Of a stretch of DNA of 64,000 bases, positions 20,338 through 27,320 are shown one piece after another. The notes under the pieces are model-generated. The model did no database searches, was not told the origin of the DNA, and saw only the letters and a program-made list of their open reading frames with translations. The DNA is from Bacillota bacterium. Its GTDB lineage: Bacteria; Bacillota; Sulfobacillia; JAMCWA01. The stretch lies in contig JAMCWA010000088.1 of NCBI GenBank assembly GCA_023475165.1, positions 2,298-66,297 on the forward strand, given 5' to 3'. The position numbers were made by a program, and so were the translations under genes. The number at the start of each line of letters is the position of its first letter. The stretch's first letter is position 1.

Positions 20338-21078
20338 ATGCGCGGTTTATACGCTGTAATGTGGCGTGAGTTGCTGGTCTTGCGTAAGAGGCTCTGGAAG
20401 ACCCTCGCCGCAGGGAGTATTAGCCCTGTACTTTACCTCACCGCTTTCGGTTGGGGGATAGGCAGAAACGTTACGATGGGGAGCGGTAATTACTTGCATT
20501 TCATTATTCCGGGTATTATTGCTTTGACCGTGATGAACAATAGCTTCAGCGGGGTAGCCACACCCCTTAATATCAGTCGTCATTATTCAAAAACCTTTGA
20601 AGAGTATCTTATAGCTCCAGTCAGCAACCTTTGCCTGGCCTTGGGTAAGGCGGCCGGGGGCATCCTTCGGGGCTTGACCGCCAGCGCGGTGGTCCTGGTA
20701 GTTTCATTGCTCTTTAAGGTGCACCTTCACCTGAACCTGTGGTTTTTTATAACACTATTTGTGAGTAGCTTTGCCTTTGCCTCCATGGGCGTACTAGCAG
20801 GAATGGTCATTAGGTCGCACGAGGACCAATCCAATTTCAATACCTTCGTTCTCCTCCCCATGTCTTTTCTCTCAGGTACCTTTTTTCATCTCGACCTATT
20901 ACCAACCCCCCTGGCCAGCTTTATCAAACTCTTGCCCTTAACCCACGTCGCCATCGCTCTGCGTTCTATAGCCACCGACCAAGTCACCCCCTATGCTTCT
21001 TTGGGAGTAATTACCTTGTTTGCCCTGATCTTTTTTCTGGCCGCTGTTTTTTCAATAAACCGTTATCGCGAGATATGA
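20338..21078 (+). CDS. ABC-2 family transporter permease
   Basis: RBS AAGGAGGG. 6 TM helices. Confidence 0.7.
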   Translation: MRGLYAVMWRELLVLRKRLWKTLAAGSISPVLYLTAFGWGIGRNVTMGSGNYLHFIIPGIIALTVMNNSFSGVATPLNISRHYSKTFEEYLIAPVSNLCLALGKAAGGILRGLTASAVVLVVSLLFKVHLHLNLWFFITLFVSSFAFASMGVLAGMVIRSHEDQSNFNTFVLLPMSFLSGTFFHLDLLPTPLASFIKLLPLTHVAIALRSIATDQVTPYASLGVITLFALIFFLAAVFSINRYREI

Positions 21079-21087
21079 AAATACCGC

Positions 21088-21117
21088 AATTCACGAGGGC
21101 CAATGTATGCCGAGGCC
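21088..21117. repeat. Copy 2 of the ~30-bp direct repeat
   Basis: Follows the last gene of the riboswitch operon. 26/30 identity with the copy at 7840. Confidence 0.6.
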
Positions 21118-21319
21118 GCGAGATGGCGCGTAATCTAAGAGCGATGAATTAGCCCGCCTATGGTTCGAAAAGAATAACCTGGCCAGGACGGAACTTGCCA
21201 GGCAAAGCTCAGACATTCCCTTCGAAGGTCTTTGCTTTGATGCCCAGCTGCCTGTTGAAAAGCCTCTTAAAGCGAGAATCGCCTTCCTGAATACAAACCT
21301 TACCGGCCAAAACCCCACC

Positions 21320-21348
21320 TTGACAAGGGTTATCAACGAGAATATAAT
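21320..21348 (+). promoter_or_regulatory. Sigma-70-type promoter (TTGACA-N17-TATAAT) for the DUF5320 gene
   Basis: Perfect hexamers read directly. ATG at 21395. Confidence 0.6.
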
Positions 21349-21394
21349 AAGAGCCGAAAAGGGCATATGCCCAAAACTATGGGAGGTGTTGATT

Positions 21395-21778
21395 ATGCCA
21401 GCATTTGACGGCACCGGTCCCCGCGGTTTGGGTCCCCGCACCGGGTGGGGCATGGGCTTTTGCCGGTCCGGTACTTACCGGGGATCCGCGGGCGCCTATC
21501 CTCATTTTGGTAGGGGGCGCGGCTATTGGGGACGCGGTTATGACCGTGGTTCTTGGGGCTTAAGCCGGGGTTGGGACGGCCACTGGGGCCCTGGGGGTGG
21601 TTACGGCCCCGCTTACGCACCTGGTTATGCTTCTGGACCAGCTTATTATTCGCAAGAAGAGGAGCGCGCCTACCTCCAGGACCGGCTTCAGTTCTTCCGC
21701 GATGAATTGGCGGCCACGGAAAAGCGCCTGGAAGAGCTGAAGAGCCGTACCCCGGGCGAGAAGGAAAAGCAAGACTAG
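21395..21778 (+). CDS. DUF5320-family Gly/Arg-rich small protein
   Basis: MPAFDGTGPRGLGPRTGWGMGFC... N-terminus typical of DUF5320. Start moved to ATG 21395 (RBS GGGAGGTG). C-terminal coiled coil. Confidence 0.7.
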   Translation: MPAFDGTGPRGLGPRTGWGMGFCRSGTYRGSAGAYPHFGRGRGYWGRGYDRGSWGLSRGWDGHWGPGGGYGPAYAPGYASGPAYYSQEEERAYLQDRLQFFRDELAATEKRLEELKSRTPGEKEKQD

Positions 21779-21841
21779 GGCCAGAATAAGGCTCCTAGAA
21801 TAAGGCCCGGGAGGCCGAAATAAACTCCTGGAGGGGTGCAA

Positions 21842-22864
21842 ATGCGGGGGCGCATCGTTTCCCTGGTGGACAATGTGGTGGAAAGGGGTCGAGGACTGGC
21901 TGAGCACGGTCTGGCCTATCTGCTCGAGCTTGATGCTGAGCAGTACCTGCTGGACACGGGTCAATCCGGCACCGTCCTTCTACACAATGCCGAGTTGATG
22001 GGCGTCGACTGGAACCGGTTAACGGGCATCATCCTCAGCCACGGCCACTATGACCACACCGGGGGATTGCGCCCCCTCCTTGTCCGCCTGAGACGCCGGG
22101 TGCCCGTTTATGCCCATCCGGATATCTTTCGACCGCATTTCGCCCGGGAGAAAGACGGGCGTCTGCGTCCCATTGGTTTGCCCTTCAACCGGCGGGAATT
22201 GGAAAGCCTGGGGGCTCGTTTCATCCCTGTCGAGACCTTCAGCGAAATCCGACCTGGTCTGTGGTTGACCGGTCCGGTACCCCGGCGGACCTCTTTCGAG
22301 GTCGGCGACGAGCGCTTAGTGGTCTGGACCGGGGGAGGGTCCAGGTCAGCCGGTCTTTCGGGAACAACGGAAGGACGAACCCCCTTGCCTGAGTCGGGCT
22401 CGACGACCGTGAGTCCAGGGCCAGCCGGTCTTTCGGAAACAAAGGAAGGACGGGCTCCCCTACTTGAGTCGGACTCGACAACCGTGAGTCCGGTGCCATC
22501 AAGTCTTGCGGGAACGGCGGAGGGATGGGCACCAGACCCCCTGGCCGACGACCTCTCGGTGGTTATCCAGACCGGAGCGGGCACCATCCTAATACAGGGC
22601 TGTGCTCATGCCGGGACCATTAACATCCTTCAGCATGTTGAAGCCCATCTGGGGCGGCAACATTTTTCGGCCATCATGGGCGGAAGTCACCTGGGGGCAG
22701 TGCCAGTGAGCCAGCTCGAGGCTGCTGTGACCGCTCTTCGGGGATTTGATTCTGATCAGTTGCTTCTCTCGCACTGTACCGGTTTAAAAGGGGCTTTCCG
22801 CCTCAGGGAAGAGTTTGGTCAGCGTTACCAGCCCTTTTCTGTTGGAGAGGTTCTCGAATTTTAG
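21842..22864 (+). CDS. MBL-fold metallo-hydrolase with internal repeat insertion
   Basis: HGHYDHTGG motif. Start ATG 21842 after GGAGGGG. Contains a 75-bp tandem repeat encoding an S/T/P/G-rich insert. Confidence 0.75.
   Translation: MRGRIVSLVDNVVERGRGLAEHGLAYLLELDAEQYLLDTGQSGTVLLHNAELMGVDWNRLTGIILSHGHYDHTGGLRPLLVRLRRRVPVYAHPDIFRPHFAREKDGRLRPIGLPFNRRELESLGARFIPVETFSEIRPGLWLTGPVPRRTSFEVGDERLVVWTGGGSRSAGLSGTTEGRTPLPESGSTTVSPGPAGLSETKEGRAPLLESDSTTVSPVPSSLAGTAEGWAPDPLADDLSVVIQTGAGTILIQGCAHAGTINILQHVEAHLGRQHFSAIMGGSHLGAVPVSQLEAAVTALRGFDSDQLLLSHCTGLKGAFRLREEFGQRYQPFSVGEVLEF
22348..22525. repeat. 75-bp tandem repeat (~2.4 copies) inside the MBL-fold gene
   Basis: AGCCGGTCTTTCGG(G/A)AACAA(C/A)GGAAGGACG...GTGAGTCC unit at 22348 and 22423, with a partial third copy. 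Confidence 0.8.
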
Positions 22865-22982
22865 CTTAGGTCAATACGTATTGATTACGGAGCTGGGGTT
22901 CGTGCACCCCGGGCTGGGGGTTTGCCGCTGGCTTCCCGAAATCGGCCGGTCTTGCACGCTAACGATACTTCTTGAGACAGCT

Positions 22983-23261
22983 TCACTCCAGGAAATACTC
23001 GAGTTTTTCCGCCTCAACGAAATCGATGACCTTGATTTTTACTTTTTTGACTCCGGGCACGGCCAGGAGTCCTTTTTTTATCTCGGCCCCGAGATACCAG
23101 GCCAGCGGGCAGACCGTTGAGGACGGTCGGAAAGTCAACTCCACCACCCCCAAAGGGCTTACGAAAAGCTCGGGGATTAAGCCCGCATCAAAGACGTTCT
23201 GCTGGATCTCGGGATCGACGATAGTCCTCAGTTTGTCGACCACCAGGTCCTCCAGCTCCAC
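22983..23261 (-). CDS. DUF59 (MIP18/SufT-like) Fe-S cluster assembly family protein
   Basis: VDKLRTIVDPEI...VELTFRPSSTVCP motif. Start set to GTG 23261 (RBS AAGGGGGAAAA). The longer ORF-track version would overlap the upstream gene. Confidence 0.65.
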   Translation of the reverse strand: MELEDLVVDKLRTIVDPEIQQNVFDAGLIPELFVSPLGVVELTFRPSSTVCPLAWYLGAEIKKGLLAVPGVKKVKIKVIDFVEAEKLEYFLE

Positions 23262-23262
23262 T

Positions 23263-24381
23263 TCATTTTCCCCCTTCACCCAGGTGAAGCGTCCCCCGTA
23301 CTCTGCTCCAGATTTCTCTAATGGCCGAACTGGCCGGGTTTTCCTGCCGAACGGCAATATCTTTAGCCAGAAGGCTCTGGGTCACGGCTGGGGAAAAGGG
23401 GATGCGGCCCAGAACGGGATAAGAATGAGCCGCCGCCCAGCTCTCCAGTTCGCTGGTGATCTCTGGGTTGAGATCATACTTGTTGACCACGATGGCTAAG
23501 GGAACCCGGAGGTGCTCAGCCAGGGCGGCCACCCGTTCCAGATCATGTTTCCCCGATAAGGTTGGCTCAGTGACGACGAGGGCTAAGTCGACCCCCGTCA
23601 AGGCCGAGATCACCGGGCAGCCGGTGCCCGGGGGGCCATCGATGATGATGAGGGGAATCTGGTGGTTGCGCGCCAGGATTTGGGCCTTTTGACGGACGAG
23701 CGTCACCAGTTTGCCGGAATTCTCCTGACCGGGGGCCAGGCGCGCGTAGACCATGGGGCCATAGGCGGTTTCCCCCGAAAACCATTGGCCGGAGTATCTT
23801 TCTTCCAGCTGAACAGCCGCCACCGGGCAGACGATCTGGCAGACGCCGCAGCCCTCGCAAGAATTTGGGTCGATGCGGAAAATCCTGCCCTGGTCTGGGG
23901 GCAAAGAAGCCTGCCCCGCCTGTTCTTGGGAGGAAGCCGGCTCTTGAAGTGTCGGCAGGATTTCCGGTGGGAGCGGGGTCTTAGGGTTAGTCTCCGGATT
24001 GGTGTTGCTGAGGAAGCGGCCTTCCTGGGGTTGTCGATGCCCTTCGAGTTGACGATCGGCAACCCAATAGTAGCTGAAGTCGGACGTCAAGCCTGCCATG
24101 CGAGTGGTGGAGTTTGCCGGCCCGATGGCTTCGTAGCGGCAATGCTGGTAGCAAAGACCGCAGCCGATACATTTTTCGGGGGAGATTCGGGCCACTTTTC
24201 CACCGCTGAAAGATCCCTCGGCCTCAATTTTCGGCTGAAGGAGGATCCAGAGGTCGGGGGCGTCGACGTCGGCGTCGCACTGAACAGAGCGCCCGACCAG
24301 GTAACTGAAAGAAGCCGTCAGCGTGGTTTTGCCGGTGCCGCCTTTGCCGCTGATGACAACCAGTTCTCGAAAAGGTTTCAT
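23263..24381 (-). CDS. MinD/Mrp-superfamily P-loop ATPase with inserted 2x[4Fe-4S] ferredoxin domain
   Basis: GKGGTGKTT P-loop. CIGCGLCYQHC and CEGCGVCQIVCP cluster motifs. Long Pro/Gln-rich linker. Confidence 0.8.
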   Translation of the reverse strand: MKPFRELVVISGKGGTGKTTLTASFSYLVGRSVQCDADVDAPDLWILLQPKIEAEGSFSGGKVARISPEKCIGCGLCYQHCRYEAIGPANSTTRMAGLTSDFSYYWVADRQLEGHRQPQEGRFLSNTNPETNPKTPLPPEILPTLQEPASSQEQAGQASLPPDQGRIFRIDPNSCEGCGVCQIVCPVAAVQLEERYSGQWFSGETAYGPMVYARLAPGQENSGKLVTLVRQKAQILARNHQIPLIIIDGPPGTGCPVISALTGVDLALVVTEPTLSGKHDLERVAALAEHLRVPLAIVVNKYDLNPEITSELESWAAAHSYPVLGRIPFSPAVTQSLLAKDIAVRQENPASSAIREIWSRVRGTLHLGEGGK

Positions 24382-25268
24382 GCCCGGAATCCCTCTTTCT
24401 GTAGCTGAACCTCGAGCTGAGCCTGGAGCGCCCGCCAGAGCCCGGCGAAGATTTCGGCGAAGCCGGGAACGGCATCGACGGGGTGCTGACCACGGGAGTA
24501 AGCCTCCGCGGCCGCCCGGTTAAAGGGAATCCGGGCCAGGATCGGTAGTTGGGCCTGGGCGCAGAATTCGTCGATGAGGTGATCCTCGCCGGTGGAACGA
24601 TTAATCACCACTCCCAAAGGCACTCCCAATTCGCGCACGGCTTCGACGGCGATCTGGAGATCGCTGAGACCGAAAGGGGTTGGCTCAGTCACCAAAAGAC
24701 AGTAGTCGCTCCCCTTGATCGCCTCCATAACCGGACAAGAAGCCCCGGGGGCGGCATCGATTACTGCTGGGAGGTCCTGGCGGATGATGTGCTTCATTTC
24801 ACGGATGAGCTGGGTACCGGAGGCTTCGCCCACCTCTAAGCGAGCTTCCCAGAGGAGGGTCCTTCCCCATTGGACCGGGCCACGGATCACTCCTATCCGC
24901 CGGGGCTTTTCGGTGACGGCCTTCTCCGGACAAACGAGAGAGCAGGCCCCACAGCCATGACAGAGTTCCTCGAAAAAGAGCAGCTTTTGGCCGAAGACGA
25001 CTAAAGCGTTAAATTGGCAGGTGCTGGCGCAACGCCCGCAATAGGTGCAGCGGTCAAAATTCACCTCGGGGATCAGCCGCTGAACGGGGGTTTCTTTATC
25101 CCACTGCACGGGAAAGAAAAGATGGATATTGGGCTCTTCGGCGTCCGCGTCCAGAAGCTGGGTTTCCCCGATGGTCCGGGCCATGCCAATGGCCACAGTT
25201 GTTTTCCCGGTACCGCCCTTACCACTGGCCACAGCGATGTGGAAACGGCGCGGGGTGCCAGTCGACAT
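24378..25268 (-). CDS. MinD/Mrp-superfamily P-loop ATPase with ferredoxin domain (paralog)
   Basis: SGKGGTGKTT. CTYCGRCASTC and CHGCGACSLVCP. Confidence 0.8.
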   Translation of the reverse strand: MSTGTPRRFHIAVASGKGGTGKTTVAIGMARTIGETQLLDADAEEPNIHLFFPVQWDKETPVQRLIPEVNFDRCTYCGRCASTCQFNALVVFGQKLLFFEELCHGCGACSLVCPEKAVTEKPRRIGVIRGPVQWGRTLLWEARLEVGEASGTQLIREMKHIIRQDLPAVIDAAPGASCPVMEAIKGSDYCLLVTEPTPFGLSDLQIAVEAVRELGVPLGVVINRSTGEDHLIDEFCAQAQLPILARIPFNRAAAEAYSRGQHPVDAVPGFAEIFAGLWRALQAQLEVQLQKEGFRA

Positions 25269-25300
25269 CTTCGGTTTCCTCCCTAGATAAGCAGTTGATC

Positions 25301-25669
25301 TCAGTGGAGGTGGTCGGCGGCCTTGGTCGGCTGGGCAGTGCGGCTCAAACTATTTTTCAAGTAATTTTGGTAGGCCTCCCGGACGGTTTGCCCGTTGACC
25401 GGAAAAACGGCGATACCCGCGGCCTGGAGAACGGAAAAGGCGTTAGGGCCCACATTCCCCGTGAGCAGGGCTTTGACCCCCTTGGAAGCCAAAAACTGTC
25501 CGGCAGCCACGCCGGCCCCCCCACCAGCAGATAGGGCGGGGTTGGCGGCTGCCTCCCAGTCAGCGGGATTTTCGGCAGAGATGAGAATGAAATAAGAGGC
25601 CCGGCCGAAACGAGCATCTACTTCCGCGTCCAACGCAGGAGCGGTAGCGGTGATGGCGATATCACGCAA
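25301..25669 (-). CDS. NifX/NifB-C-terminal-like dinitrogenase FeMo-cofactor biosynthesis domain protein
   Basis: Size and pattern (ITA...LDAEVDARFGRASYFILI...GVKALLTGNVGPNAF...AGI) typical of the Nitro_FeMo-Co family. Confidence 0.65.
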   Translation of the reverse strand: MRDIAITATAPALDAEVDARFGRASYFILISAENPADWEAAANPALSAGGGAGVAAGQFLASKGVKALLTGNVGPNAFSVLQAAGIAVFPVNGQTVREAYQNYLKNSLSRTAQPTKAADHLH

Positions 25670-26225
25670 GATTGGTCCCTCCTGAAAATAAATATCATTT
25701 CCACGAGAGAAGTATACGTCGGCGGGGAAAGACTTGTCAAGGGCAAGACGAGGCGGGCGGAAGCGAAGAAGCTTAGAAGGGAAGGTACAAGGCCAGGGTT
25801 CGGTACTGGAAGGATAACTGCCACTCCAGGCGCTGGCTACGCGGCATTGCTCCGGCGTGAGGTCCGGGCCAGCCAGCGGTAGCTAGAAGGGTATGTGACC
25901 ATCGGTGCTGACCGAGAATGATTATAAGCAACCCCGAGTTTTTGGCGCCAACGGCTGAGAAACACGCGATTTATGCCAGCAAGCGATCAGGGAAGTAACG
26001 CTGTCCTAAGACGGGCGTGGTCTAGGCGTATCAGCTTGGTTCATGGTGCTTTCAGCCGTCTGGCGGTACGGGGCCAAGCGCCTCCCGAGGGGAAGCCGCG
26101 CTTCGCCTTTTGCCTTCGCAGGGGTGAATGGAACGAGCTTACGGCGATGGCAACAGTTTTATCCCCCTGTGGGCCGAGGGCGGCCAGATACTAAGAACGA
26201 TGGCGACCGGCTATGCGCCTCCCGG

Positions 26226-26255
26226 TTGACATCCGCACTTACGCTGCTGTATGAT
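26226..26255 (+). promoter_or_regulatory. Sigma-70-type promoter TTGACA-N18-TATGAT upstream of chrB-N
   Basis: Hexamers read directly. ~110 nt upstream of GTG 26365. Confidence 0.55.
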
Positions 26256-26256
26256 A

Positions 26257-26302
26257 ACCACATAGTGGTGTAACGATTGTTATGTTGTAACCATTGTGAC
26301 AG
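26257..26302. promoter_or_regulatory. Palindromic operator-like sites (ACCACATAGTGGTGT; repeated TGTAAC/GTTACA half-sites)
   Basis: Inverted repeats immediately downstream of the -10 element. Confidence 0.45.
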
Positions 26303-26364
26303 CCGGGCCGTTTCACTGTGACAGCCGTGCCGTTAACGCGGAAGTTGATGCGGAAGGTGATAAC

Positions 26365-26895
26365 GTGTCGTCCTGGTGGCTCCTCATATACAAGGTCCCC
26401 GCGGAACCGTCCCGGCTTCGAGCGACCATTTGGCGGGAGGTCCGTCGTTTGGGAGCGGTCTATCTTCAGGATGGCGTCTGCCTGATTCCAGATGTCCTGG
26501 ACATGGAGCTCAGGATAGATGCTTTGCGGGAGAGGATCGTGGCTATGGGCGGCAAAGCGTGGATGTTTCGAGGTGAGAGCGCCGTGCCCGGGCAGGATGC
26601 CGAATTAGAGAACTTATTTCGAGCGGCACAGGCGGATGAACTGCGGGAACTCCACAGTGCGGCCCACAATCTTTACCGTCAACTGGAAGATGCCCGGGAG
26701 CATTACGACATGGGAGAAGAGGATTTGGCCCGCTGCGAGAACGAGCTCCGGCGGTTGCGTTCACTGCATCTAGCCAGGCGAGCGCACCAGTTCTTCCGGG
26801 AGCCTCTCCTCGATGAGATAGAAACGATCCTCAACCGTTGCCACGACCTGTTGACGGAAGGAGGTGAGAACAATGAAGTGGGTGACCAGGGCTAA
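26365..26895 (+). CDS. ChrB N-terminal-domain protein (split chromate-resistance regulator ChrB, N half)
   Basis: WWLLIYKVPAEPSRLRATIWREVRRLGAVYLQDGVCLIP matches the ChrB_N signature. GTG start after GGAAGGTGA. Confidence 0.65.
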   Translation: MSSWWLLIYKVPAEPSRLRATIWREVRRLGAVYLQDGVCLIPDVLDMELRIDALRERIVAMGGKAWMFRGESAVPGQDAELENLFRAAQADELRELHSAAHNLYRQLEDAREHYDMGEEDLARCENELRRLRSLHLARRAHQFFREPLLDEIETILNRCHDLLTEGGENNEVGDQG

Positions 26896-27301
26896 CATCC
26901 ACGTGGACAGGGTAGCTTGCCCCTGGTTGATCAAGAGGTTCATCGACCCTGCCGCCGAGTTCATATTCGTCGACCCTGCGCAGGATCCGCTCCCTGCGGA
27001 GGCCATTCCTTTCGACATGAAGGGAGTGAAACTTGGGCATCACGGCAATAAGTGCTCATTTGAGGTGATCATCGACGAGTATAAACTCAATGATCCGGTG
27101 CTGCTCGACATGGCCCGCATCGTGCACGGGGCGGACATCCTCATCGACGTGGGAATAACCCCTGAATCCGCCGGACTGGAGGCCATAGCCAGGGGTTTCA
27201 TGCTGATGGAGAAAGACGACTACAAGAAGCTGGACCTGGAATTTCCGGTGTACGACGCTCTCTACGCCTATCTCAAAAGCAGGAGGATGTCTGGCGATTA
27301 G
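26873..27301 (+). CDS. ChrB C-terminal-domain protein (Chrome_Resist domain)
   Basis: MKWVTRANIHVDRVACPWLIKRFIDP... ATG after GGAAGGAGGTGAG. Overlaps the N-half gene by 23 nt. Confidence 0.65.
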   Translation: MKWVTRANIHVDRVACPWLIKRFIDPAAEFIFVDPAQDPLPAEAIPFDMKGVKLGHHGNKCSFEVIIDEYKLNDPVLLDMARIVHGADILIDVGITPESAGLEAIARGFMLMEKDDYKKLDLEFPVYDALYAYLKSRRMSGD

Positions 27302-27320
27302 GGGAGGAGGCGGGCTCGTT

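Noticed and set aside
18354-21394. Search for a SCIFF/sactipeptide-type Cys-rich precursor next to the radical-SAM gene
   Set aside because: All three forward frames of 18354-18375 and 21079-21394 give only peptides of 11 aa or less, or non-Cys-rich peptides (e.g. MYAEAARWRVI). No candidate found.
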